Shown here: one piece after another, positions 46,792 to 56,374 of the stretch
How positions within the stretch are numbered: position 1 is the first letter of the stretch
Layout: the number at the start of each line of letters is the position of its first letter
Assembly: GCA_017934595.1 (NCBI GenBank)
Contig: JAGBJG010000002.1
Location: forward strand, 1,846-65,845
DNA from: Bacilli bacterium
GTDB lineage: Bacteria; Bacillota_I; Bacilli_A; RF39; UBA660
Reading direction: 5' to 3'
DNA length: 64,000 nucleotides
Position numbers and translations under genes: made by a program
The notes under the pieces: model-generated
The model's input: the letters and a program-made list of their open reading frames with translations, nothing else
Database searches by the model: none
What the model was told of the DNA's origin: nothing

Positions 46792-47397
46792 ATTTATATC
46801 TTTGCCATAATAATCTTCTGCATCAACTATACTATCGTGTACTAATAATTCAAAATACAGTTGATATTTTGTATTATCAGTTATGTTGGAAATACCACTT
46901 TCACCAATTTTATCACCTTGTTTAATTGTCTTGTTTGGTGTAACTGATGTGGTTTCTAAAAAACGATATACACTAACTAAATTATCATTATGTTTTACTG
47001 TAACAACTTTACCAAATAAATTACCATCTTCTACCTTAATTACTTCGCCATCTGCAATAGCTATTACATCAAATTTATTATCTGTTCCATATATATTTCC
47101 AGTATTTTGCATATAAGTATTATCATAATAAATTATTGAATTAAGCTGTTCGTCATTATCTGATTTATAATCATAAAAACTATTTAATATGGCAACATTT
47201 GAATCAGTATATGGCCTTATTATTTTTTTATTTTCTGATAAAACAGGTATTACTTTTTCTAATACTTGATCATTAACTGGTTGTAAGTTTTTTTCTTCCT
47301 GTAAACTATTTTTAATCATCAATCCACCAGTAAATATACCTCCCACTAAAGTTAATACTAAAACATAAATCAAAGATTTTTTATACTTTCTTTTCAA
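46783..47397 (-). CDS. SpoIIQ-like membrane protein with degenerate LytM (M23) domain
   Basis: N-terminal TM. LytM fold (DGEVIKVEDGNLFGKVVTVKHNDNLVSVY...QGDKIGESG), but the metal ligands are replaced (IYGTD for HxGxD, QLYFE for HLHFE). Lies between spoIID and spoIIID. Probable TTG start at 47397. Confidence 0.7.
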   Translation of the reverse strand: MKRKYKKSLIYVLVLTLVGGIFTGGLMIKNSLQEEKNLQPVNDQVLEKVIPVLSENKKIIRPYTDSNVAILNSFYDYKSDNDEQLNSIIYYDNTYMQNTGNIYGTDNKFDVIAIADGEVIKVEDGNLFGKVVTVKHNDNLVSVYRFLETTSVTPNKTIKQGDKIGESGISNITDNTKYQLYFELLVHDSIVDAEDYYGKDINEI

Positions 47398-47443
47398 ATT
47401 ATTCACCTCTATTTAAAGTGTGAACAATAATTATTTTTTTATA

Positions 47444-48364
47444 CTATAAATTTGATATTTCAACATTTGTGTAATAATGTTTTAATATCTCCTTATAATT
47501 ATATCCTCTTTTAGCCATAGCTAATGCTCCATACTGACTCATTCCAACACCGTGTCCATATCCTTTAGTATTAATATATACCTTATTTCCATCTTGTTCT
47601 ATTTTGAAAAATGCTGATCTTAAAGATAGTTTAGACGCGACTTCACTACCTGTATATTCTTTATCATTAATTTTTATTTTTTTAATTCTACCAGTACTTG
47701 TTGTATCAATTATTTCCATCTTAATATCTTCAGCGTATGGTAAATCAAGTCCTGCATAAAAATCATCCAATGTATACTCTTTTTCCACAGCAAAAACAGG
47801 AGATACATCCTCATCCCATGATGAATCTACACTGACTAGATATGGAAGATTCCCGCCAAACACATCTACACAATTCTCCGTTTTACCTACACTTGTAGAA
47901 AAAAAGAAAGCATTTACTACTTCCCCATTATATGTTAAATATTCACCTCTTGTTGATATAACAGCCTCTTTTACTTTATTTATATTCACATCATAGTTAT
48001 TTCCCCAATTAGATCTTAATTTATTATCATCTAAATAAACTTGATTACTTATTGTATCTACCACATCATAATCATTTTTAAAATTTTGTTTCATCTTCGT
48101 AAGAACATAACTACGTGCAGCTACAGCTTGAGCTTTTAAGGCTTCTATATCAAAACTTGCAGGCATTTCACCTGCAACTACTCCTATTATATATTCTTCA
48201 AAAGGAACTTTATCTATTATTCCTAAAGATTCTCTTTTAACTCTAACATATGTATTTTCATTAAAGTTAAATTTATATTTATCTAATATTTGTTCTTCAA
48301 ATAAGATATTTACTACATAAATCATTAAAACTATTACTACAGAAATGAACAATAGTTTTTTCAT
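47444..48364 (-). CDS. spoIID: Stage II sporulation protein D (lytic transglycosylase)
   Basis: ALKAQAVAARSYVL ... GYGHGVGMSQYGA (SpoIID/LytB domain). Confidence 0.92.
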   Translation of the reverse strand: MKKLLFISVVIVLMIYVVNILFEEQILDKYKFNFNENTYVRVKRESLGIIDKVPFEEYIIGVVAGEMPASFDIEALKAQAVAARSYVLTKMKQNFKNDYDVVDTISNQVYLDDNKLRSNWGNNYDVNINKVKEAVISTRGEYLTYNGEVVNAFFFSTSVGKTENCVDVFGGNLPYLVSVDSSWDEDVSPVFAVEKEYTLDDFYAGLDLPYAEDIKMEIIDTTSTGRIKKIKINDKEYTGSEVASKLSLRSAFFKIEQDGNKVYINTKGYGHGVGMSQYGALAMAKRGYNYKEILKHYYTNVEISNL

Positions 48365-48373
48365 AGTAACTCC

Positions 48374-48556
48374 TTATAGTCTTAAAAAATCATATATAAA
48401 ATTTACAACTAAATAAGATAAAGATAATGTGATAAACAAATATATTATTCTGGATTGAATGTATCTATTCTTTTTAAATATTTCATTTAGTCTAACACTA
48501 TCTAATGCCCATAGAGTTATACAAGAAATAATTAAATAAAATATCGTCTTAACCAT
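48374..48556 (-). CDS. DUF1146-family small membrane protein (YwzB-like)
   Basis: 60 aa, two TMs; ALDSVRLNEIFKKNRYIQSRIIYLFITLSLSYLVVNF pattern; near murA/spoIID as in Bacillus. Confidence 0.7.
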   Translation of the reverse strand: MVKTIFYLIISCITLWALDSVRLNEIFKKNRYIQSRIIYLFITLSLSYLVVNFIYDFLRL

Positions 48557-48986
48557 TGTAACTATCTATCATGTTAACTCTTCTAACATGCCTTTCTTCT
48601 TCTGATGGTTTTGTACTTAAATATGTATCAATTATTTCATAAATAGCATCTATATCTAAATTAGCAGAAAATGCGATTGCATTAGCATGATTATGTAATG
48701 AAGCATACATCGCATCATTTTTATCTACTACCCTAGCACATCTAATTCCTTTTACTTTATTAGCTGCAATTGACATACCTATACCAGTTCCACACATAAG
48801 TATGGCTTTATCTATTTCCCCAGATACAACTGCTTTACTTATATTAAATGCGTATTCAGGATAATCTACACCATTGATATCATCAGTACCAAAATCTACA
48901 ACAGTGTATCCCTTACTTTCCAAATATTTTTTAATTTCATTTCTTTTTTCTATACCATGATGGTCAGAAGTTATACCTATTTTCAT
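48549..48986 (-). CDS. rpiB: Ribose-5-phosphate isomerase B
   Basis: MKIGITSDHHG ... LMCGTGIGMSIAANKVKGIRCA. Start moved to ATG 48986. Confidence 0.92.
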   Translation of the reverse strand: MKIGITSDHHGIEKRNEIKKYLESKGYTVVDFGTDDINGVDYPEYAFNISKAVVSGEIDKAILMCGTGIGMSIAANKVKGIRCARVVDKNDAMYASLHNHANAIAFSANLDIDAIYEIIDTYLSTKPSEEERHVRRVNMIDSYNG

Positions 48987-49038
48987 AAAATCACCTAACT
49001 TAATTATATTATAAATTAATCTTATTATCAATAATTGT

Positions 49039-49062
49039 CGAAAAAAAGAAGCTTATGCTTCT
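49039..49062 (-). terminator. Intrinsic terminator after rpmE
   Basis: AGAAGC TTAT GCTTCT hairpin overlapping the stop, followed by a U-run. Confidence 0.7.
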
Positions 49063-49268
49063 TTTCCATTGTTTAATCCATATTTACGATTGAATTTTTC
49101 AACACGACCTGTTTTCTTAGTAGCTCCTTGTACACCTGTATAGAATGGATGACATTTATCACATACTTCAACATGTAATTCTTTAACTGTTGATTTAACA
49201 GTAAATTCATTACCACAGATACAAGTTACTTTTGTATCAACATAATCTGGATGAATATTTGCTTTCAT
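49053..49268 (-). CDS. rpmE: 50S ribosomal protein L31 (zinc-binding type A)
   Basis: MKANIHPDYVDTKVTCICGNEF...CDKCHPFYTG. Start moved to ATG 49268 (GGAAGGAG RBS). Confidence 0.95.
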   Translation of the reverse strand: MKANIHPDYVDTKVTCICGNEFTVKSTVKELHVEVCDKCHPFYTGVQGATKKTGRVEKFNRKYGLNNGKEA

Positions 49269-49324
49269 ACTATTTCTCCTTCCGCCATGACCTTTTTTGG
49301 CCATAGATATTCAAATGCATTTGT

Positions 49325-49354
49325 ATTATAGCACACATTCACTTAAAATAGCAA
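49325..49354 (-). promoter_or_regulatory. Promoter of rpmE
   Basis: TTGCTA - 18 nt - TATAAT with extended -10 (TGCTATAAT). Confidence 0.55.
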
Positions 49355-49365
49355 TACATTTTTTA

Positions 49366-50013
49366 TTATTTTCTTTTTATATTGTCATCAATTATACATC
49401 TAATTCTATCAAATATAATATGTTCACCTTCTATAGTTATGTATTGGTCTTTAATATAATTAGTAATATCTGATATATCAACATATTCGATATTATATTT
49501 TTTAGTTAATTCTTCTACTTTTAAATTTATATATTTAATTATCTCATTATATTTATTATCATACGGATTATAATATCCTAACATAACTATTTTTTCTTTA
49601 TCAAATTGCCTTAATATATTGAACAAATTATCTAAATCAATTAAAAATGTATCAATATAACTATACATATTATATATACTGTATTTATCTATTTTAGATA
49701 TCAAGTCATTATATCCTATAGATAAAGTTAGTAAATCTGCTTTAATTAATATATTTTGAAAAGTCTTATCTCCATATACTTTATTATCTTTTATATTTCT
49801 TATAATATCTGTTATCCTATCATCTAAATTAGATATATCAGTGTGATTTTCCAATATATTTAATTCATCTAAATAATCTTTAATATAATCTTTATAAGTA
49901 TAATTATCAGAGATATTACTTATTGATACATAGTAAATCTTATTGTCTTTAAATATATTATATATTATTACTATAAGCATGATAATTAATGTAGCCACTA
50001 AAATTTTTTTCAT
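49366..50013 (-). CDS. Membrane-anchored hypothetical protein (possibly degenerate SGNH/GDSL-like)
   Basis: N-terminal TM; LSIGYNDL resembles SGNH block II, but no clear GDS block. Start moved to ATG 50013 (GGAGG RBS). Confidence 0.45.
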   Translation of the reverse strand: MKKILVATLIIMLIVIIYNIFKDNKIYYVSISNISDNYTYKDYIKDYLDELNILENHTDISNLDDRITDIIRNIKDNKVYGDKTFQNILIKADLLTLSIGYNDLISKIDKYSIYNMYSYIDTFLIDLDNLFNILRQFDKEKIVMLGYYNPYDNKYNEIIKYINLKVEELTKKYNIEYVDISDITNYIKDQYITIEGEHIIFDRIRCIIDDNIKRK

Positions 50014-50022
50014 AAACGCCTC

Positions 50023-50050
50023 CAAAAAAAGTAGATTATCAAATCTACTT
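50023..50050 (-). terminator. Intrinsic terminator after murA
   Basis: AAGTAGAT TATCAA ATCTACTT hairpin followed by UUUUUU on the minus strand. Confidence 0.75.
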
Positions 50051-50070
50051 AATTTTATGCATAATTATTA

Positions 50071-51327
50071 TTAATTATCAATTAAACTTATTGAAGCACC
50101 TACATCTGTTAATTTGCCAATAATATTTTCATATCCTCTTAAAATATATTCGACATTATCAATTGTAGTTTTTCCTTTAGCCGCTAATCCTGCTAATACT
50201 AAACATGCACCAGCTCTTAAATCCGTAGCACTTACATTAGCACCCTTGAATTCAATAGGTCCATGAATTTTTATTATTCTATTTGTTATAGTTTCAACTG
50301 AAGCTCCCATTTTTTCTAATTCAGGAATATTTTTATATCTATTTTCATATATTGTTTCTTCTAATTTACTAACGCCTTCGCATGTACATAATAATGGTGT
50401 AATAGGTTGTTGTAAATCAGTTGCGAATCCAGGATAACCTAATGTTTTAATATTGACAGGTTTTATACATGGCGTTTTAGATACAACTACATAATCAGTA
50501 CCAACTTCTAATTCAACACCCATCTCATCTAATTTAGATAAGAATGCATCAATATGTTTAGGTATTAAGTTTTCTACTCTAAGTTTATCACCGCATAAAG
50601 CACCTGCAACAATATAAGTACCTGCTTCGATACGATCTGGAATAACTTCTGTAAAACAACTACCTAATTTATCTACACCAGTAATTGTTACTACACTTGT
50701 ACCCGCACCTTTAATTTTGGCACCCATATTATTTAAGAAAGTTGCGACATTTACTATTTCTGGTTCTTTTGCTGCATTATGAATTACAGTTACACCTTCT
50801 GATATACAGGCAGAAAGTAATATATTTATAGTTGCACCTACACTAGGCATATCTAAATATATATCATCACCTTTTAATTTAGAGGCTTTTACTGTTACTT
50901 TATCTTCAACTTCAGTAACATTAGCACCTAATGCACGATATCCTTTTAAAGTTTGATCAATAGGTCTAGCACCAATTGAACATCCACCTGGAAAATACAT
51001 AGTGACATCTTTAAATCTACCTAATAGAGCTGACATAAAATAATATGATGCCCTTAATTTATTACTTAATTCTCTAGGTATTTCTTTGCTTACTACATTT
51101 GATGAATCAATTTCCATCAAATTGCCTTCATGTTTTACTTTTGCACCCAAAAAAGTCAATATATCTTCTAATGCTTTTACATCTGATATATCAGGTATAT
51201 TATCTATTTTTACAATTCCGCTTGATAGTAATGCTGCAGGGATTAAAGCTACAGCACTATTTTTAGCACCACTAACTTTAATTGTACCTTTTAATGTTTT
51301 ACCACCATCTATAACAATTTGTTTCAT
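50071..51327 (-). CDS. murA: UDP-N-acetylglucosamine 1-carboxyvinyltransferase
   Basis: GGKTLKGTIKVSGAKNSAVALIPAALL ... PGGCSIGARPID (active-site Cys). Confidence 0.96.
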   Translation of the reverse strand: MKQIVIDGGKTLKGTIKVSGAKNSAVALIPAALLSSGIVKIDNIPDISDVKALEDILTFLGAKVKHEGNLMEIDSSNVVSKEIPRELSNKLRASYYFMSALLGRFKDVTMYFPGGCSIGARPIDQTLKGYRALGANVTEVEDKVTVKASKLKGDDIYLDMPSVGATINILLSACISEGVTVIHNAAKEPEIVNVATFLNNMGAKIKGAGTSVVTITGVDKLGSCFTEVIPDRIEAGTYIVAGALCGDKLRVENLIPKHIDAFLSKLDEMGVELEVGTDYVVVSKTPCIKPVNIKTLGYPGFATDLQQPITPLLCTCEGVSKLEETIYENRYKNIPELEKMGASVETITNRIIKIHGPIEFKGANVSATDLRAGACLVLAGLAAKGKTTIDNVEYILRGYENIIGKLTDVGASISLIDN

Positions 51328-51389
51328 ACTACCTCCACTACTATAAAATATGTAATTAATCTATTACAGTTACTTATATGTATAATAAT

Positions 51390-51418
51390 ATTATATAAGT
51401 TTTAAGAATCTTTTGCAA
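51390..51418 (-). promoter_or_regulatory. Sigma-A promoter of murA
   Basis: TTGCAA - 17 nt - TATAAT on the minus strand. Confidence 0.6.
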
Positions 51419-51459
51419 CCATAAAGCAACATAAAAAGCCTTTATAAAAAGACCGTTAT

Positions 51460-51984
51460 TTATTTAAACAAATATATTACACCTAATATAACTAACACTA
51501 ATCCACCTATTAAGTTAGAAATTTTTCCGATTTTCTTACCTATTATTTTACCAAATGATAAACCTATATATGTTAGAATTCCACTTATGAGCATAAATAC
51601 TATACTTGATGTTAATACATTATTAGTTAGTACATCAAAGCCTATTCCTATACCAAAACTATCTATACTCACGGCTAACCCAAATAATAACATTCCACTT
51701 ATACTAGTTATTAAATTATATTTAGTTTCTTTAAGACTATCAATTATCATGTCTATGCCAATCAAAGTAAATATTATTGTAACTAATGTATGAAGTTGAA
51801 TAGGAAATATTTCTAATATAAACTCGCCTATGATATATCCTAATAATGGCATAATAAAATGAAATAAACCTACTATTACTGAAAGAATGATTTCATTTTT
51901 CTTAGATAAACTATTCACACCATATATTAACGCTAAGGAAAAAGCATCCATTGATAGACTTAACGCGACTAAAAGTATCACCAT
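51460..51984 (-). CDS. MntP/YtaF-family (DUF204) membrane protein
   Basis: ALSLSMDAFSLAL and AVSIDSFGIG duplicated DUF204 motifs. Start moved to ATG 51984 (AGGTGA RBS). Immediately downstream of spoIIR. Confidence 0.75.
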   Translation of the reverse strand: MVILLVALSLSMDAFSLALIYGVNSLSKKNEIILSVIVGLFHFIMPLLGYIIGEFILEIFPIQLHTLVTIIFTLIGIDMIIDSLKETKYNLITSISGMLLFGLAVSIDSFGIGIGFDVLTNNVLTSSIVFMLISGILTYIGLSFGKIIGKKIGKISNLIGGLVLVILGVIYLFK

Positions 51985-52009
51985 ATATATCACCTATATA
52001 ATAATACGT

Positions 52010-52540
52010 TTATTTAAAATATTTATTAATTAAATCCTTTATTAACCATCGATATTCTATATCTGTCGTACCATTATCATGTGCTTCTATAAGGCAAAAA
52101 GGAGGAAACATAACGCACCACCAATTATCCCCCTTACCACTGCCTAAAGTTACTACTACTGATTCATACATACCTTCTTCGTATTTTATTCCTTTATACT
52201 CTTTCTCCGGAAAATAATTATATCCAAAATTTATATTGTGGCCTAGCTTATAATCTTTAGATTTTAAAAAATCATCTATTTTAGTATCTAAATTGATTAA
52301 ATCACTATTTATTAATTTTCTTGCATTATTTATATCTAATGTATCTTTTAATAAATAATACATCTCATCTTCAACTATATCTTTCACTTCATTTTTAATA
52401 TTTTGATCATATTCTTCATTAGAATTAGCTATTACTCTAATTCTTATTGCTTCTTTTGGTATAACTATTTTATCTTTCATCGAAAAAAACATAAAAAATA
52501 TTATTAATATACTTATTAAAAATCTTTTAATAAAAATCAC
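52010..52540 (-). CDS. spoIIR: Stage II sporulation protein R
   Basis: AIRIRVIANSNEEYDQNIKNEVKDIV ... GDNWWCVMFPPFCL. Start ambiguous: GTG 52540 is part of GGGAGTGA, and an in-frame ATT lies at 52531. Confidence 0.88.
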   Translation of the reverse strand: MIFIKRFLISILIIFFMFFSMKDKIVIPKEAIRIRVIANSNEEYDQNIKNEVKDIVEDEMYYLLKDTLDINNARKLINSDLINLDTKIDDFLKSKDYKLGHNINFGYNYFPEKEYKGIKYEEGMYESVVVTLGSGKGDNWWCVMFPPFCLIEAHDNGTTDIEYRWLIKDLINKYFK

Positions 52541-52562
52541 TCCCTAATATATAGTGAGTGAT
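52536..52562 (-). terminator. Hairpin after rlmH that contains the spoIIR Shine-Dalgarno
   Basis: ATCACTC (52536-52542) / GAGTGAT (52556-52562), 13-nt loop, followed by UUUUUAUU on the minus strand. Confidence 0.5.
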
Positions 52563-52581
52563 TTATTAATATTTTATTCAA

Positions 52582-53034
52582 TTATTTATGATAAGTTTCA
52601 TTATTTAAAATTTTATAACTTCTATATATTTGTTCTAATAAGATAATTCTAAATAATTGATGAGGAAATGTCATTTTTGAAAATGATAACTTATAATTAC
52701 TGATTTTCTTAACTTCATCTGATAGTCCATATGAACCACCAATAATAAAGGTAATATCTGAATTAGTATTAAATATATTATCCATTTTTTTACTTAATTC
52801 AACTGAACTAAGTTCATTTCCATCTATTTCTAAAGTTATAATATAAGACTTATCTTTTATTTGTTTCAGTATTAATTCGCTTTCCTTTTTTAATATTGTA
52901 TTTATATCTGCATCAAAATCTGGTAGTTCAACTATTTCTAATTTAGTATATTTACTTAACCTTTTTTGATACTCTTTAATAGCATCAGTAAAATATTTTT
53001 CTTTTATTTTACCTACACAAATTATTCTAATCAT
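52582..53034 (-). CDS. rlmH: 23S rRNA (pseudouridine1915-N3)-methyltransferase RlmH
   Basis: MIRIICVGKIKEKYFTDAIKEYQKRL ... SFSKMTFPHQLFRIILLEQIYR (SPOUT). Confidence 0.93.
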   Translation of the reverse strand: MIRIICVGKIKEKYFTDAIKEYQKRLSKYTKLEIVELPDFDADINTILKKESELILKQIKDKSYIITLEIDGNELSSVELSKKMDNIFNTNSDITFIIGGSYGLSDEVKKISNYKLSFSKMTFPHQLFRIILLEQIYRSYKILNNETYHK

Positions 53035-54482
53035 TAATATAGCGAGAACGGATTAATACGACAATGCTCACAGTTTTTCCAAACTTCAAAATGCAAGTGT
53101 GGCCCTGTTGCCCAACCAGTACTACCAATATAGCCAATAAGTTGACCTTTCTGTACTATATCGCCTTCATCTACATCAGCTGCAAATCTAGACATATGTC
53201 CATATAAAGTCCAATAACCATTATTATGATTGATTAAGATATAATAGCCATAATCACCTTTATATCTTTCAACTTCAATTGTACCATTATTAGCGGCATA
53301 TATTGGTGCACCATATCCTAAACCAGAAATATCTATTCCTGAATGGTGTTCACGAGCACCGGTAATAGGATTTGTACGCCATTCGAAATCATCAGTTATA
53401 GTATAACCTGACATAGTTGGCCATGCCCAGTTATTAAGATCTCCTATATGAGGTATTTTATGATTACCAATTAATACAATTTTACTAATAGGTTGTTTAA
53501 CTTCTACACGGTCGATTGGTTCGATATATGTAATAGAGCCATTTATTGATTGAACATTTTGAGATACTCTAATTATACCATTAACCCCCTCTTGAATTAC
53601 TTTAGTTGTACCTATATTCATTTCATCGTCATATCTTTCTTCAACTTGATATGCACTTTCTTTATCAACTACTTGATACTCTTCTACAACTACTTGAATT
53701 TGAGGATTTGGAACAGCTATAGTCACAGTTTCACCTACATGTAGTAAATTACTTTTATCAGTAAAAGAGGTATTTGCAATTAAAAATTCTTCTGTACTTA
53801 TTTCATTTTCTAAAGAAACACTACTTATAGTATCTCCTACTTTTACAACATATTCTTTAGTATTAGCATTATCTCCATATAATAGATATTTTGATAGAGA
53901 TGATGCACTGCTAAATATTTTTTTACTGACAGGTATACGCATTTTTTTAATAGTTATATCATTTTGTACATATATATTCTCTATTATTTTACCTGTATCC
54001 AATATTTCTGCTTGACTGTTTGTGTCATATAATTTATATCTATCTGATCCTACATAAGTCTTAATTAAATCTATTACAGCAGTTTTAAATATATCTTCCT
54101 CTGTTACATATATATGCTTGATATCATCGCCACTTTTTAAAGATATTTGATAACCTTCAATTGTTAAATCAGCCTTCGATATTATAGTTCTATAAACCTT
54201 AGATACTTCTGATACCTCTTGATTATAAGAAGTTAATTCTTCCATTATCAATCCTTCAGGTGCATATACAGTATCAACACCATATTTTTTCTTTATACTT
54301 TCACCTTCAGCATCAATAAATTTTTCTAATTTGCTTTTAGATTGAATAACTCCTATAACTTCATCATTTAAATAAACTTTGTAATAATTATTAGGACTTT
54401 TAGTATCCCTATAATCATAGGCAAGGCAAAAAGTAATTACGGATAATATTGTTACTAAAATACCACATAATACTTTTTTCAT
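53034..54482 (-). CDS. Membrane-anchored M23 peptidase with LysM and G5-like domains
   Basis: Intact HSGIDIS and GPHLHFEV metal motifs; LysM-like YVVKVGDTISSVS; G5-like TKVIQEGVNGI. Start at ATG 54482. Confidence 0.88.
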   Translation of the reverse strand: MKKVLCGILVTILSVITFCLAYDYRDTKSPNNYYKVYLNDEVIGVIQSKSKLEKFIDAEGESIKKKYGVDTVYAPEGLIMEELTSYNQEVSEVSKVYRTIISKADLTIEGYQISLKSGDDIKHIYVTEEDIFKTAVIDLIKTYVGSDRYKLYDTNSQAEILDTGKIIENIYVQNDITIKKMRIPVSKKIFSSASSLSKYLLYGDNANTKEYVVKVGDTISSVSLENEISTEEFLIANTSFTDKSNLLHVGETVTIAVPNPQIQVVVEEYQVVDKESAYQVEERYDDEMNIGTTKVIQEGVNGIIRVSQNVQSINGSITYIEPIDRVEVKQPISKIVLIGNHKIPHIGDLNNWAWPTMSGYTITDDFEWRTNPITGAREHHSGIDISGLGYGAPIYAANNGTIEVERYKGDYGYYILINHNNGYWTLYGHMSRFAADVDEGDIVQKGQLIGYIGSTGWATGPHLHFEVWKNCEHCRINPFSLY

Positions 54483-54493
54483 TATTCCCACCT

Positions 54494-55840
54494 CTATTCT
54501 TCATTTTCCATTTTATTATAATTCGCGAATGTGGATGTATCGCGTTTAAATATTAAATCTATAGTTGGAGTTCCACCATTACGGTTCTTAGCAAAGATAA
54601 ATTCACTTTTACTTGTAAATTCATCAATAGCTGCAGATTTATTGTAGTAATCATCACGATACAAGAACGCGACTACATCGGCATCTTGCTCGATAGAACC
54701 AGATTCCCTTAAATCACTAAGTAATGGTCTCTTATCTTCTCTTGATTCAACACTACGTGATAATTGCGCTAATGCAACGATAGGTATTTCTAATTCCATT
54801 GCTAAAGTTTTTAATGAACGTGAAATTTCAGCAACTTCTTGTTGTCTATTTCCACCCCATCTATCGCTACCTGAAATTAATTGTAAGTAGTCGATAATAA
54901 TTAGATCTAGTCCATCTTTAGAAGAAGCCAATCTTCTACATTTAGCACGAATTTCACTAATACTCATACCTGGTGTATCATCAATGTACATCTTAGCGTC
55001 TGCAAGTCTAGATATACCTTCATTTACACCCTTCCAATCATTATGTTCTAATCTACCACTACGTAATTTACCTTGATTAATTTGACCTAAGTTAGCAAGC
55101 ATTCTCATTGCTAATTGTTCAGCACCCATTTCCAAGTTAAATAAGGCAACTGTTTTACCAGTATTGATTGCAACATTAGTAGCTAAATTTAGGGCAAAAG
55201 CAGTTTTACCCATAGCTGGACGAGCTGCTATAATGATAAGTTCGTTTTTTTGCATACCAGATGTAACTCTATCAATATCTTTGAATCCTGTAGCTATACC
55301 AGTAATATCACTTTTTGATTGAGATAATTTTTCTAAATCAGCCTGAGTTTTTACAAGTACATCTTGAATACTTCTAAACTCACTACCTTTTCTAGCTTTA
55401 ACAACAGATAGCATTTTCTTTTCTGCGTCATCCAATACATCAGATAAACTAGCAGTTGATGTATAACCTTCTGTTGCTATATCTGTAGCAGCATCAATCA
55501 AGCGTCTTAATACCGCTTTTTCTTCAACGATTTTAATATATTCATCAATGTTAGCTGCAGTAGGAACATAATCAATTATTTCTGCTAAATAACTAACATC
55601 ACCTATTGATTTTAATACTTTTTGCTTATCTAATTCAGCTGTAACTGTAGTCATATCAATAGGAATATTTTTGTTTGTTAAATCACATAATACTTCAAAT
55701 ATTTTTCCATTAGCATCTAAAAAGAATGATTCTTTTGTAAGTGACTCCATCGCTTTTTGTAAGGCATACTTTGTCAAAAACATTGAACCTAATACTGATT
55801 TTTCTGCATCTATATTATGTGGTAATACTTTTTCAGCCAT
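54494..55840 (-). CDS. dnaB: Replicative DNA helicase (DnaB family; DnaC in B. subtilis nomenclature)
   Basis: LPHNIDAEKSVLGSMF, Walker A ARPAMGKTAFALN, IIDYLQL, SIEQDADVV. Confidence 0.96.
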   Translation of the reverse strand: MAEKVLPHNIDAEKSVLGSMFLTKYALQKAMESLTKESFFLDANGKIFEVLCDLTNKNIPIDMTTVTAELDKQKVLKSIGDVSYLAEIIDYVPTAANIDEYIKIVEEKAVLRRLIDAATDIATEGYTSTASLSDVLDDAEKKMLSVVKARKGSEFRSIQDVLVKTQADLEKLSQSKSDITGIATGFKDIDRVTSGMQKNELIIIAARPAMGKTAFALNLATNVAINTGKTVALFNLEMGAEQLAMRMLANLGQINQGKLRSGRLEHNDWKGVNEGISRLADAKMYIDDTPGMSISEIRAKCRRLASSKDGLDLIIIDYLQLISGSDRWGGNRQQEVAEISRSLKTLAMELEIPIVALAQLSRSVESREDKRPLLSDLRESGSIEQDADVVAFLYRDDYYNKSAAIDEFTSKSEFIFAKNRNGGTPTIDLIFKRDTSTFANYNKMENEE

Positions 55841-55845
55841 ATTCT

Positions 55846-56286
55846 CTACTCCTTACTAACATTTACTTTTAGAATTGCGACTACTTTTTTATGTAATTCT
55901 ATTTTTACTTGATGAACACCTAAACTAGATATTGCATCTTCAATTAAAATTATTTTTTTATCTATATTAAATCCTTTATTTTTAAGGGCTTCTGAAATTG
56001 CTTTACTACTTACACTTCCAAAAACTCTACCATCATTTGAAGCTTTTACTTTAAAATCTAAAGTTATTTTAGCTAACTCTGATTTTACTTTTTCACATTC
56101 TTTAATTCTAGCTTGTTCTAAAGCATCTTCCTTAGCTAATTCTCTATTATGAGCTTTCATATTATCTTCACTTGCTGCTAATGCATAACCATTCTTTATT
56201 AAGAACGCAGCATATCCATCTTTAACTTCTTTAATATCGTTTCTTTTACCTTGGCCCTTTAAATCCTTTATAAAGATTACTTTCAT
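55846..56286 (-). CDS. rplI: 50S ribosomal protein L9
   Basis: [26 protein letters not shown]; upstream of dnaB. Confidence 0.96.
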   Translation of the reverse strand: MKVIFIKDLKGQGKRNDIKEVKDGYAAFLIKNGYALAASEDNMKAHNRELAKEDALEQARIKECEKVKSELAKITLDFKVKASNDGRVFGSVSSKAISEALKNKGFNIDKKIILIEDAISSLGVHQVKIELHKKVVAILKVNVSKE

Positions 56287-56342
56287 AAAATGCCTCCCAA
56301 CTCATAAACGTCTATTAATATTATACTAAATTAATATCAATA

Positions 56343-56374
56343 AAACAAGAAAAGACAACCATTTTTTAGTTGTC
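56343..56374 (-). terminator. Intrinsic terminator after whiA
   Basis: GACAAC/GTTGTC stem overlapping the stop, followed by UUUUCUUGUUUU. Confidence 0.6.

Noticed and set aside
51985-52009. yybP-ykoY (manganese) riboswitch upstream of the MntP/YtaF-like gene.
   Set aside because: Only about 25 nt separate it from spoIIR, which leaves no room for a riboswitch. The gene appears co-transcribed with spoIIR and is more likely YtaF-like.
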